A stretch of 64,000 bases of DNA from the NCBI GenBank assembly GCA_025786725.1, contig JAHLTZ010000048.1, positions 62,001-126,000 of the forward strand, given 5' to 3'. Within the stretch, counting starts at the first letter, position 1; every line of letters starts with the position of its first letter. The notes beneath the pieces were generated by a model. That model searched no databases, was not told the DNA's origin, and saw only the letters and a list, made by a program, of their open reading frames with translations. This DNA comes from Syncephalis fuscata S228. Taxonomy: Eukaryota; Fungi; Zoopagomycota. A program made the translations under genes and the position numbers. Below are positions 15,524 through 29,681 of the stretch, one piece after another.

Positions 15524-18500
15524 ATGGTCAGTGTGGATCGTAAAGATACGTCAACGATGACGGCAAAAGGTGGACAAAAGAAACGCCATGCCAGTGATGC
15601 AGAGGCAACACGCCCAGCTAAGAAGCAAGCAGCTAATGCTAAGAAGCAGAATGCTTCTACTACGGCATCTGCACCTGCACCACCAACTACAAGTGCAACA
15701 ACAGCCATCGTGCAAGACTTTCCTCGTGGTGGTGGCACAGGTATGACACCCATTGAATACCGTAATGTGGTTAAACAGGCTGAACGTGATTTATTTGGCG
15801 AAGTAAGTCTATTAAAACGATTAAATGTTAATTAACCATAGCCATATTAATCAACAAATGCATTGTTATTAGAATGAAACACCAAACAACAACAAATCAT
15901 TAGATCCATCGAAGAAAAAGCAACAACGCACGCCATTAACAGATGAACAACATAAAGAACGTAAAAGACAACAACGCGAACGCCGCAATGTGAAGAAACA
16001 TAAACAAGAGTCACAAACAACAGCTGATACTTCAAAGACCACTGATGATGATACTGAAGACTATACCGGTCCACATCATGTAGCCGGATTAACATTCAAG
16101 GTATGAATCCATTACACTGATTGTTATTAATATAGTTACTAACGCATTAATACATTAATAATAGAGATTGGCTATTGGTACATTGTTACTGGGTATGATT
16201 AACAAGATTGGCGATCTTCATTTGACAGTCGCCTTACCCAATAATCTAACGGGTCGAGTGGCCATTACTGAAATATCTAATGAAATCACCCGTCGAGTTG
16301 AAGCAGCCGCATTAAATGACGACTCAGATGCTAGTGGTAATGACAGCGATGCTGATAATGATGCCATGGATGTCGATAATACACAAGCATCTACTCGCGG
16401 TCTACCCAATCTATCATCCATGTTCCATGTTGGTCAATGGGTTCGATGTGCCGTGGTAGGTCTTGAGTCAAATGACGAAGAAACAGATGGTAGATCCAAA
16501 TCGAATGTCGGTCGTAAAAAGGCTCGTAAGCATATTGATCTAAGTCTTCGTGTTGATCAAGTCAACTCCAGTGTTGCACCACTTGATCTTATTATCGGCT
16601 TTACCATTACAGCAGCCATTACAAGTCTCGAAGATCATGGCTATCTACTTGATATAGGCATGGCTAATAAAACGGCCTTTTTATCCCGTAAAGAAGCGAG
16701 TGAATACGAGACACGCTACAATAATGGCCGTCCATTACAGTCGGGTCAGCCTATTGTTGTTATGCTTATCGATAGTGCCACCAATACATCCGCCCGTGTC
16801 CTACAAGTAACTGCTGATCCAGATCGTATTACTAAAGCAGTCATTAGTGAACCCCTCTCTAATGTACAATCATTATTGCCGGGTGAGCTCGTTAATGCAC
16901 GTATTACACGTGTACTCCCTAATGGACTGGCCTGTCGGGTACTTGAATTCTTTGATGCCACTATTGACATTATGCACATTCCTCGTATCATGACTGCCAC
17001 TTCAAGTGAATCAGCTCTACGTCAAAAGTACAAACCAGGTGACAAGGTAATTTATATACTAATAACTAACGATTGAATACTAATAATATGCGATAGATTG
17101 TTGGACGCATTCTATACGTTTCATTGTCATTGGCTCATAAATCCATTGCACTTACTTTATTGCCCCATGCATTGGACAATGGACCACCTACTCTATCATT
17201 ACCCGAGATGAAGCAGGAACAACAACAACAACAACAACAACCATCGAATCTATCCAATATTGGATATGGTACTATTATTGAACAAGTAACTGTACGTAAA
17301 GTAGAGAATGCTATTGGATTATGGTGCAATATGGCCAGTATGCCTGATACGCCAGCCTTTGTTCATGTAAGTTGATTAGTCTATTTAATAAATATAAATG
17401 CTAATGTTAATATATCGAATAGATTTCCCGTGTATCTGATCGTCATTTACAAAACTTATCTACGGGTAATTGGGCACCTAATACAGTACATCGTGGTCGC
17501 ATCGTTGGATATGACCCTGTTGATGGTGTTGTCCAACTATCTTTACAAGCATCTGTACTTGGCTGTGCCTATTTACAGATTAGTGATCTACCGGCCGGAG
17601 AGAAGATTAAATGCACGGTTAAGAAGCTAACTGCTCATGGCATGGTGGTTGATATCACCGATACACCATTAACAGGATTTGTTCCATTAATGCATCTAGC
17701 CGATGTTGCCCTACTTAAACCAGAGAAGAAGTTTAAACATGGTGACCGTATTGTGGCCCGTGTTCTATCCACTGATGTTACAGAGAACCGTGTACTATTA
17801 ACACTTAAACGTACACTGATTCAATCGGACTTGCCACTATTAACCCAATACACTGAGGCACCTATGGGTGAATTTGTTCATGGCTACATCACTGCAGTTA
17901 AACCATTTGGCTGTACTATTGGATTCTACAATTCAGTTAGGGCACTCTGTCCCTCCGAGAACTAAGGTAGCCAATAGTATAGCGAGTAATTCTATTTACT
18001 AATAATATGTCTAGTGAAACGATGATAGAGAATCCGCAACAACATTTCCAAGTGGGCCAACCGGTGCGTTGCCGTATTCTATCCGTTGATCCAGCTCAAG
18101 AGCGTATGAGAGTCAGTCTACGTACTCATGTCTCTATGTTTAAACCTGAACAATGGTCAGCCATTCAAGTGGGCCAATTGGTTAAGGGCCGTATTGTAGA
18201 GATCAGTTCCGATCATATTTGGCTATCTCTCGTTGAATCAAACATACGAGCTGCATTACCATTGGGTCATTTATCAGATCATTTGACACCAGCCCATTTA
18301 CAACGTATCCATTCTACTTTAGTGGTGGATCAAATGTTGGATCAATTAGTTGTTGTGGCTAAACAAGAATCACGTGGTCATTTACTCGTATCACGTAAAC
18401 CACTGTTGATTCATAGTGTGACATCGAATACTGTACCCACTAGTATTGATTCCATCAATGTTGGTGATATCCTTCCTGGTTATGTAGGCAATGTCACTGA

Positions 18501-21500
18501 ACATGGTGTATTTGTCAATTTATTGAGTGGTCATAATGCAAGAGTGGCCAAATCTTATTTATCTGACCAATTTATTGCATCACCTTCAGATCATTTTACA
18601 CCACAACAATCTGTATTGGGTAAAGTGACGCGTATTGATCGTGAACAACAACGAATCGACATCACATTGAAGCGATCCATTGTACAGCCTACCATTGAAC
18701 AGAGCCATCTCTTTATTCAATCCTATTTTGAGACTGAATTGACAACGACATCGATTACAGATATTGCGCCAGGTCAATTAATAGATGGTACAATTGAACA
18801 ACAACAGCCATTTGGATGGATTGTACAACTTGAACATGGTCTATCCGGTTTCATTACTCTCGATCAATGTAAAGGTAAGCTATTATATAGATAATATACT
18901 ATAGATGCATGTTAATTGGATGATTAGATATGACCTATAAGGTTGGTGATAAGATAAAGGCTCGTGTATTGGATGTCGATCATGAACGAAAGATCGTTGA
19001 TTTATCGGTTAAACCTGTCCTTGTTAATATACCTGAAGAGGGCAAGAATAAGAAGAATAAGAAGAAGAAGTCGGCCAAGACTGCCACTGCTGAGCAATTG
19101 GCCACGATTGAATTAATTAAGGAAGACTATTTGGTATTGTCGCTACCTCAATTAAACTATCAAATTGCTTTCATGGCCACTAAAACATTTAATCAACGAG
19201 AGAAGCCGTTTATGCGTTATAAACCAGGTCAACAAATAACAATTCATTTACTGCCTGAATCAACCTTGCCTCATCGTGTATTGGCTACTATGATGACGAA
19301 TACTGAATCTACATCCACCAGTGGTAATAATAATAACACTAGTAATAACACTAGTAATAACACTAGTGAAGCAACACAACATCTACTTAATATTGCTGGT
19401 ATTGATTTATCAACACGTCAATTACAATCACCAATTGATGGATCACTTACTATTATGGCCGATCTTCATCCAGGTCGTCAAACAAGTGTGCGCGTATTAT
19501 CGGTCAAACAAGCACAGATCAATGTACAATTGGCCGATAACTTAAAGGGCCGTATTCATATGACGGAGTTATTTGATAACTTTAATGATATTCCTGATCC
19601 ACAACATCCATTGGCTCATTTCAAATCAGGCCAATTATTAGAGGATGCTACTGTTGTTGGATGGCATAGTATACGTAGTCATAAAACACTAGCGATTAGT
19701 CATCAGAATGCTACAGCTGGTGAAGCCGTTGATTTAACACTTCGACATCATGAACAACAGCCATATACACCGCTAACGATCAAAGATATGAAGGTGAATG
19801 ACACGGTTATTGGATTTGTTAAAAAGATTCAAGATAACTACATCACCGTATGTGCAGCTATCGAGCCATCATCAGCAAGTAATATGCGTATTGAAGCATT
19901 AGCTGTATCACGTCATATGGATACAGTACAACACCTTGCACGCTACTTCACCAAGAATATGGCTGTTCATTGTCGTGTACTCAATGTTCATCCCACAAAG
20001 TGTCATATTACACTAGGGGTCATTTCCGGTGACCATCCACCTATTCTCTCGTTTGATGATATTCAATTGGGTGATATCATTGCGGGCCAGGTTCATTCGA
20101 TTAATGCCGAACATGGTTTAAGTATTCATTTGGGTCGTGGTATATTTGGTCGTGTTGGTCTATGTGATCTATTTGATGATTATAAAGAGGATCCAACAAC
20201 ATCATTTACTAAACAGCAATTAGTAGCCTGTGCAGTCATTTCGCTTGATAAAGAGAAGAATCATATTCAATTATCGCTACGTCCCTCGGAAGTGTCACCA
20301 GATACTGCCTCTACTATTGTACACCCGATACTTAAATCGGCGAGTGACGTTACACCCGGTGATTTAGTATATGGCTATGTACGTCGTATTACCGATAAAG
20401 GTTGTTTTGTCAGTCTAGGACGTGGTCAATTCGATGCTATGGTTAAAATTACCGATATGTCCGACCAATTTATTAAAGATTGGAAGTCATTGGTTAAAGT
20501 AGGACAGCGTGTACAGGGACGTATTCAACGGTAAGTACCTAAATATAAATAGATCAATAGGTGTATTAATATTATAATAGTGTGGATGCATTATCGAATC
20601 AAGTACAAATGTCGCTTAAATCATCGAGTGTCACCGGTAATGGACGTCGTGCTTTAAGTGATTTTAAGAAAGGCGAAAAAGTCAAGGCTATTGTAAAGCG
20701 TATTGAATCATTTGGTATTATGCTAGATATTGATAATAGCAGTGCCAGTGGTCTATGTCACATCTCCGAGGTAGCTGATACACCTATTGATGATTTGAAA
20801 CAAGTCTATTCAGTGGGTGATCAAGTTAAAGCGGTTATACTTCAAGTGAACAAGAAGCAGAAACGAATTTCATTTGGTTTAAAAGCAACTTATTTTACTA
20901 ATGAAGATATTATTTCTGATAGTGAAGAAGAAGAAGATGATGATGATGAGGAGGAGGAGGAGGATAATGAAGATGAACAAGATGATAGCGAAAATGATGA
21001 TGATGAAGATGAAGATGAGGAAGATGAGGATGATGAAGATGGTGAAGATGGTGAAGATGTAGACATGTCGGATGTAGAACAGAATGAAAGTGAAGATGAA
21101 ACTATGCAAGATACACCAGCACTGTCACTTGATCTTCAAGGATTTAGTTGGGATGGTGCCAATGATGATTCAGATTCAGAAATACAATTAGAAGCATTAA
21201 CATTATCTGATTCAGATCAAGAAAAGGAATCGACTAGTAAAAAGAGCAAAAAGTCAAAGAAGAAAGAAATTGACTGGGATGTGACAGATGTGACGGCAGA
21301 CTTGGCTGATTCAGCACCGACTACAGCAGCTGATTATGAACGTTTATTGGTTGGCTCACCGAATAGCTCCTATTTATGGGTCAACTATATGGCATTCCAA
21401 CTGCAAATGTCTGAAGTTGATCGGGCTCGTGAAATTGCTGAACGAGCACTTGGCACAATTAATATGCGTGAAGGCCAGGAACGGGCCAATATTTGGCTAG

Positions 21501-22280
21501 CTCTACTTAATCTTGAAAACAAATACGGTACGACGGAATCACTGGATACTGCCTTTCAAAAAGCACTACAAGCCAATGATCCCAAACATATTACGATGCA
21601 ACTCGTCGGTATTTACGAACAATCTGATAAATTTGAGGTAAGTTTTTAATTTAGATTAGTAGGGCAATTATTAAAATGATTTATTAGATGGCTGAGACAT
21701 TGTACAAGACTATGACAAAAAAGTTTAGTACCAGCGCCAAAGTATGGACTCGTTTTGGTCTTTACTATCTGCGACAGAATAAAATTGATGCATCGCGTCA
21801 ACTGTTGCAACGTTCACTCAAATCACTACCTAAACGAAAGCGTAAGTTGAACCTTATTAATGTTTGATTAGTTACTAATAGTAGTATTTTTTATAGATAT
21901 TAAGGTGATTAGTCGATTTGCTCAGATGGAATTCAAGCATGGTGAACCTGAACGTGGCCGTACCATCTTCGAAGGTATTATGAATAATTACCCGAAACGA
22001 CTCGATTTATGGTCAGTCTATCTTGATATGGAGATACGCACAAAAGAAGAGTCGATTATTCGGTAAGTATAAATGGGCTTAGGATTGAATACATTTAGCT
22101 AATATAGCTATCTTTTTCTTGTTTAGACGTCTTTTCCAACGGGTTATTTCGCTAAAGTTTTCATCGAAAAAGATGAAGTTTTTATTTAAGAAATGGTTAC
22201 AGTGGGAGCAGTCCATTGGATCAGAGGAAGGCGAGGCCGAAGTAAAACGACAAGCACTTGCCTACGTGCAATCTGTCTAA
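15524..22280 (+). CDS. RRP5: rRNA biogenesis protein Rrp5 (multiple S1 domains plus C-terminal HAT/TPR repeats)
   Basis: N-terminal DFPRGG, repeated S1 domains and an acidic linker. C-terminal region ADYERLLVGSPNSSYLWVNYMAFQLQ..ARE..ERGRTIFEG..KKMKFLFKKWL. Stop TAA at 22278-22280. One frame break at the C-run ~17952. Confidence 0.96.
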
Positions 22281-22362
22281 TAATAACCATATTAACCATA
22301 GCAATAATAGCGATAATAAAATATTTGATTTGAGTAAAAGTTTATTTTAGTTAGTTACATGG

Positions 22363-23311
22363 CTAGTAAAGACGATGAGCAGGCCAATGATAATTGATAA
22401 TGACAGCACTGTCATTATCGCTATTATTTGCAGATGATGAATTGGTTGTATATTGACTGTCGTAAAAGTCAGTTGAATCATTCGTTTCAATTGTACTATT
22501 TACACCTATCGATGAATGACTAGCAATTGATGTTGATTGATAGGCTGTACAGCCAGTGCTATTACTTGATTCATTTGATGACAATGTACAATAGTAGATA
22601 GGCGATGATGTAGAGCTTGATACTGTAACATTATGTATGCCTAATGATGGACTACTACTTCTTAATTGGTGGCTATTTACGGCGGGTAATTCGTGATAAG
22701 ATGTTGATACTTTACCGCGATGGAATATACCTGGTGGCTTAATAATGGATGGTGGTAGTGTATACAACTAGTAAATACCATTAATGTAATGCTTCTATTA
22801 ATTAATAGTTACTTGCTGTTAATCGAGTGGATTCCAATTCACTGGCTGACTATGATTAAGTTAAATGTATGGTTAGCAGATAGTATGGCTTATTGCTAAG
22901 ATGTTACTACATTTAACGGTTTATTGTGCTGTTTTTCGTGTAGTTTGTAACACGGTGGTTCATTTAATGCTTTGCGGATATGGCGTTGGATTGACGCTAG
23001 CCATAGAGGCAGTGGATGCTATTAAAGTATGTAGTTAATGCATATATCTGGATATATAGTCGAATAGACCTACTTCAGCTGTTAATAGTGTTATAGGTGG
23101 CGATATATCTAACCTATCAATGTTAGCTATTATAATATAACTATTGCTTTACTTTACCTGTAGATGGTTGCCAAATAGTTGGCATATAGACAGTAGACAG
23201 GGATACGGGCGAGGATCTATCGTTAAATACGGGATCGATTGGCAATATACTTTGTTGTTGTTGCTCTCGCAGATAACGCTCGACTTGTTCATTTTTATAT
23301 TCAATATTCAT
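22363..23311 (-). CDS. Hypothetical Ser-rich protein, about 5 exons
   Basis: In-frame splice model MNIEYKNEQVERYLREQQQQ..|DISPPITLLTAE|HPLPLWLASIQRHIRKAL..|SASELESTRLT|LYTLPPSIIKPP... The last intron (22768-22816) is GC-AG. No family recognised. Confidence 0.6.
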
Positions 23312-24736
23312 GATAAATTGATAAAATATCTGTTGACAAATTGTATTAATTAAATTTAAACTAAAAGGTAGATTGTATAAAGCATTATTGATTAATCGTT
23401 ATAGTGTTTGTTTTTTGACACCAATTTTATTACCCTATATATTAAATTACGATCCAAGAAGGCGATAGCATGATCATATACACTACTGTAAAGGGCATAA
23501 CATATTATCAAAGTATCGTATTCTACATTAATAAATATATGGAACACAAAGTAGAAGTACAAACTTTTAGAATTATAGCATACAGTTACATATGGAATAT
23601 CAATAGGAAAATGGTGTATAATAATATTGAGTTAAGCGCGTGTGTGTGTATATCGGACCAAATCTTCAGCAATAATTACAGCAGATTATGATTGCTAATT
23701 AGCAAGTATCAATTACTTTCATGCCATTCGTTCATTTCAATAACGTTTTTTGTTATACATTTATTTTTTGGTTTATACTTATTCTTCTCTTTATTATGAT
23801 GTTTTTTGTTTGTTTTAGCAGCGCTATTAGCTATTACGCGCACTCAGTTGTCAATTTGATTGATGTAAAACTATCAAGGGGTACACCATTTGATTACGAT
23901 TGTAATATACTATTACCAGTATAGTAAACGTTGATTGTATAATGGTGCTGATTCTGAAAGTATCAATGGTATACTTGAAAATGAATATAATCAATTACAC
24001 TATTAACATATATTGTTAAAACATTCATACACAGAGTTGTTACCCGAATAAAGATATTACTACAGTCACGTCAATTCATATTTGCAACCAATACTAGTAT
24101 TTTTGCTTGACTAATAGTTGCTGATTGTTAGATACAAATAAATGTAGACATAGATATGATAGCTTATTCAAACATAACTAAGATGGAACCATGTGTTTAT
24201 TACTAAAGCTTTCATAGCTGAATAGTCACAGCTAAATGCGGACTTGTGGGTAATATAATGCCGCCATTGATTAAAAGACAAATAAATTGGAACATTGACT
24301 AGAACTTGGTATATGAATAAACTGATTGGCAACTGTCGGATGGTCTTGTTTTCTATTAAATATATACCTAAAGTATGCTGAACTAGCAGTTCAATTACAC
24401 CACCAATATTAACGTCTTGGAAGCGCGGGTTAATGTTTGCCTATACATGTATTTGTAACATATTATACAATCAATTTATGATCTACCAATACAAAATGTC
24501 ACTTACCGGCTATTCGTATTAATTTGGTAACACACACGATACACAGCATATAATTAGTAGATGACCAATTAGTATAGAATACCACTTACCAACTATTGAC
24601 ATTGAATTGATGATACCTATAGAGCGTAGTATGTGATTAACACTATACATCATTACAACAATAAAGAAAGTAATAGGTTTTATTAGCTATTAATAACAAG
24701 TATGACTATTTATAAAGTAGGAAGACTAGCTTATAG

Positions 24737-26406
24737 CTAGTTACAACCAGTATCATTATTATGACTATTATGTTTCGATATGATGGTTGATATTGTACAC
24801 GTATATTTATACGGAATAGATGGCTTCATCGTAGCATGGAGTACAGCTTTATGGAATTCATCGGGTTGCCATAGTTTGTCTGTCTGTGCTGTCGTTTGTC
24901 TCCATTGGTTTGTGTACGATTGCATCCATCGGCGGAATTGTTTATTGCCATTGCATCCGTATAAGAAGCCTTGTAATGGGCGAAAAGCCAATGTCGGTCG
25001 ATTGAGCACAACGAGCCATGACTTAATAACATCTGAGAAAATATTATTATCAAGCGAGTATGAGTAAAGTTAGCATCACCTACTTAAATATGCATCTAAT
25101 ACTTGGCGTCTATCAGGAATATCTGCTACATTAAACAATTCTAACGACGATATATTGTTACAACTATTAGCTTATAGCGCTGAGTAATGAATATAAATAC
25201 CATGGTCAAGCGTTTGAATAAACATTGGGTCTTCTCGAACTAACACTAATAATAAGCATATATTATCATGTAATTACAAGCCACTTACATCGTCGGCCGA
25301 GCATGACACCATCGACATGTGCCAATTGTTCTTTGATTTGATCAACGGTAGTAATACCACCATTAAGAGTGATGTGTAGGTGTGGCGCTATTTTGCGCAG
25401 CATATATACTCGTTCATAGTTAATTGGTGGCACTGTACGGTTTTCTTTGGGCGACAGTCCCTTTAGGTAAGCCTTGCGAGCATGTACAATAACATGATCA
25501 AGTGCCGTGTCAGCCAGTAAAGTTTGTACCTAAACTAAGCATTAGTCTAAGAGAAATTACATTCATGTCGTCTTGATTTAAAGCATAAATAAATCCGGCT
25601 AGATACTAACAAATTGTATAAAATAAGCATCGCTATCGAGTTCGTCAACACCGATACGACACTTGACCGTGAATGGTATTGACCGTCGTCTACTATCGAT
25701 GGTCCGGAGAATTGTGTGCACTTTCTGTGGTGATTTCATTAATGCTGCGCCAAATTGACCGGCCTATTCGGCGGTCAATGTTATATCTTTGTTAGACGCA
25801 ATGTGTAAAAATAAATATCAGTGTGAAGTGCTCTTTACCTACCTGTACACTATCGCTAGGACAACCTAGATTTAAATTTACTTCTGGATATTGAGCATCG
25901 GCCAATATTTCATAAGCATCAGCCAGTTCTTCTGGATGCGAACCACCAAGCTGCACAACGGTGCGTGGACATGGCACACCGACATTCTCGTAAACGGCAC
26001 CAATACCTTGTTCGTGAGCCAATCGTATAATTTTACGGGCTGGCTGCATTTCCGTGTAAAAGGCGTGATGTAAATGATACCCACCACCACTTGGTGATGG
26101 TGCAAGTGGTGAAGCTAGCCGTAGCAATTGTAAAAAGAAACGATCGGTCACATCGATCATGGGCGCAACACTTATGGGCGCTCTACCTGGTGAATCGTGT
26201 ACATTTTTCGATATCAATCGTTGATGGCTGTTATCCTGCCTGTTTGCCTGAGTAGAAGGCGCGGCATTGCTATGGTTATGACGAACACAATCGACAAAGC
26301 GGAATTTGTGTGTTTTTATATTTCTACTTCCATTAGTTAACCTGACTGCCTTGGTGTAAAGCCTCATAGGCTGTACTTGACAGTAATGAACTGGGTGGTG
26401 AAACAT
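24737..26406 (-). CDS. tRNA-dihydrouridine synthase, DusA-type, with a probable organelle-targeting N-terminus
   Basis: [33 protein letters not shown] (catalytic Cys), [47 protein letters not shown] and VDGVMLGR across about 6 exons. The N-terminus is basic and poor in acidic residues. Exact start (26406 or 26367) and 3' end are uncertain. Confidence 0.9.
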
Positions 26407-28171
26407 TTAAAAAGAAAAAGAAAAACCTCAAAATGCTACACAAATGGTAACAGTGGATGTAACACAGTATTATTTTTCAAGTGTTTTTTATTTTAAAAGC
26501 TAAAGTATAGCAATATAATAAGTAATAATACTGCTATTTCACCTTTAAATCTCCACATCAATGCAATTCTAATGGTGATAACTAAGCAAAAAAAACTAGT
26601 GCTATAAGGCAGAAAAACTAATGCTTATTGTGTGGCAGTCCTAACCACACGTCAATAACAATTTAGTGTTAGTTGTCGGTGCCATTTTTTAAAAACTAAC
26701 AATAAAAACTTGTACAGCAATTTGCATATATCATTATACTTACAGACATTATGTCAATTTAATAAAATACAGCGGTGTTTATTTAAGAATCTAAAGCAAT
26801 GGTGCATGTTTAAAATATAAACTGGTAGTACATATAGCCAAAAAGTACGTAACTAACGGCTAGTCACGAATACTGACACCGGCTACAGTGCCAGTTCAAA
26901 AAAAGTAGTGCAACAATCAAACTCCCGATGCAATATTGTTTAGTCACAGCTGGCTACTCGCCAGGAAGAAGTATTGATGAGCGGAATTGTTCAGGAGGTA
27001 AAAAAGAGCAAAGAAGAAGGCAATCAGTGGAGAGGTAACAGCGCATACAACAGCTAACACAGCCATTGAGCTAGCAATTGTGCACATACAGCAGTAGCAA
27101 TAATAGCATATTACACTACTGTACTTGTGCTAAAAACATTAAGTGACTATGTTAGCAGTCCAATTTACTACTATTGCTGGTGTATGCGTACAGCAGCTGT
27201 ACATAATGACTGAAAAAGATATATGCTACTAAAAACACTATATGCTTTGGTCTGTCATAGATCGTCGCTGTAGTTTGTATCAGCAACAGTTTTTGCAATC
27301 TTGAAAGTAGCATATTGTACTGCTACTATTAAGATTATACATACTACTGCCAAATGACCTGCAATAGTGACCTATAGTAAAAATAAAGCATACAACGAGT
27401 TTTCAATAACATATATTCAACACAGCATATGACAAAGCCAAGAATGCACTTGCTATATTAACAAAGGTACCAATACCAATGATCGAAGCAATGAAAATTA
27501 TTTATAAAAAAGGTTAGATTACAAAAGAGCAATGCAAGTACATAGTGTAAATAGTGTTTGTACATAAATATTAGTCAGTCAACTACTAGCACTATTTACG
27601 TAACATATATGGAGTGTACAAGTATATGCAATGGATATATGCTATCAAGTGTGAAGAAAGAGAAAGGAAATGTGATGACGTAGATTGTGAGATGTGGACC
27701 CTGTTTATAAACAAAAGAGTTTAATTGATTAATAAATGGTGTGTAAATAATAAAAATCATTTGGCCCCCAAAACTAAGCTATCATTATAGAACATGCTTA
27801 TCAATAGATAATGTATAATAAAAAGATTAAAACCATTTAATACCAAATTTCATTGTTATAGAACATGCTGCCAATATAATACTGAGCATAACAGGAAAAT
27901 ATAATAAAAGTCGATGCTTCTTAAAGACAAGTGTAGGCATAGAAGGTGTCACTGTTAAAATAATGAAACATAGTCATATTTTAGAAGATGAAGCAATAGA
28001 CCAATAATTTATATGAATAAATAAATAGTGCAATGTTAATGCCAGCAGAAACATGCAAGTATATTCAGTACAATGGCCAGTGGTGAATCAAGGCCTTCTG
28101 ATTTCTTACCGCCTATTATTATAAAAATCAAATTGACACTGTTGCATCAACATCATAATTAAATCATAACA

Positions 28172-28325
28172 TTTTATTGTAAGTAACATGAAATACTATT
28201 TAACATTTATCAACACTAATATTGGATATTGGATATTGTGCAGATTAATTGAGACTGATTAATTCAATCGGAGTTGATGTAGCACTACAACAAATCACAC
28301 TTATTAGTAGTAAAAACTAATCAAC
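28172..28325. repeat. Dispersed ~150 bp non-coding repeat, copy 2
   Basis: Colinear match to 8527-8672 with small indels. Confidence 0.85.
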
Positions 28326-28480
28326 TGTTTGTTATTTTTTTGTACATTTTATACTGCTATTACTATATTTGGCAATATATACATACAGTTTAAATTATAT
28401 TATATATTGGTTACACTTTATTAATAAACAAATTATGACTAATTTTAACAATTCAAAACTATTTTATTTGATAACAGCTA

Positions 28481-29681
28481 TTAAGCCAAAACATTTCGCA
28501 AAGAAAGCGGGCAAACCTGTTTTGTTGAACGGAAACCAGCATAATCGCTGTGAGTCTCCCATCCCTCATTCGTGCATACTTGAGCACTTGAGCATTTGGG
28601 GTCCAAATCTCCTTGGCACTGCACCATACCAAACTCAGTTGGTTTTGGTATATAAATCTCATTAAATTTACTAGAATGAGCTGCACGCTTTTCTGGAGTC
28701 AGGCGTCGGTCTTCATCATGTGCAATAAATGGAACAATATCGTTGGCTGCCACCACACGATAAAAAGGCGCGTTGATCACCGATGCCGTCCAGTCGTCAA
28801 AGGCAACATTTCCAATTATGGGCTCGCCATAGGTGTAAACGAATGAAACTGGTATTTGTCGTTTCTGCTTCATATAGACAGCGGCTAGATGGCCAAGTGC
28901 ACCACCGAGTGAATGTCCTATTAATGACGTTCACAATCATAAGTAACCAGCAAGCGTATTTTTGCTATTTTAACAACTTACCAACAATGACAATAGTGTG
29001 ATTGGGATTCTTCTTGTAGGCATTTTCCAAAGCATCTCCTGCAGCCGCAAGCTGTGATATGGCCACGCGCTGGTAGCCAGAAAACACTTTGGCATCCTTA
29101 GGCGTATCTCCAAAATAATTGCTTTCTGGCTTAACACGTCGGTTGTCGGCTGAGTCTAGATAGTTTTGCATGTGTGCTGAGCCTCGGAACGCAAGCACTA
29201 TAGAGCGTTGATGCTCATTGACGGCCACATAGTGAGAAGTATTGTTTTGATCGTAGTGACTAGTGACTTCAAAACCACCAACAAGCAGAGCTCGTTTATT
29301 TGGGCCTAGATGGACATTTGAAAGCTTGCTTGCTGGATAGGTGGAGTTGCAATATGTCATAGCCGCATAGAAGGCATGTCGATAGATCATTTCCTCGGAG
29401 TTGGCGTTTGTTACATTTGGCTGGTTGAATTGTGGGCGAACGCGGTCATCTACGCGAAGGCAGGCGGCTTCAACTTCCTCTGGAGATGCAACTGGTCGTG
29501 AACGTCCGGCAGCACGATTGGCAATATGAATACTATTTTGGGTAAAGCGCCAGGTGCTACATTTTAGTTGATTTGCATGTGTAGTCACGGCGTTGGTCAC
29601 GGCGTTGGCCACTGAACTAAAGGATGCGGCATAGGCTGCTAATGGCGAAGCCAATAAAATATAAATAGCGCTGTATTTCAT
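28481..29681 (-). CDS. Secreted class 3 lipase (Rhizomucor-type alpha/beta hydrolase)
   Basis: Signal peptide, IVLAFRGS lid region, nucleophile motif IVIVG|HSLGGA split by one intron, YTYGEP, YRVVAANDIVP and a C-terminal catalytic H (THSDY). Confidence 0.92.

Noticed and set aside
20879-21109. Hydrophobic minus-strand ORF (FIFIII..)
   Set aside because: It is the antisense of the RRP5 acidic GAT/GAA linker.
26410-28170. Possible ncRNA or transposon relic between DusA and the lipase
   Set aside because: No tRNA, snRNA or snoRNA box pairs and no transposase-like ORF recognised. Only a short TTATAGAACATGCT duplication (~27786, ~27856).
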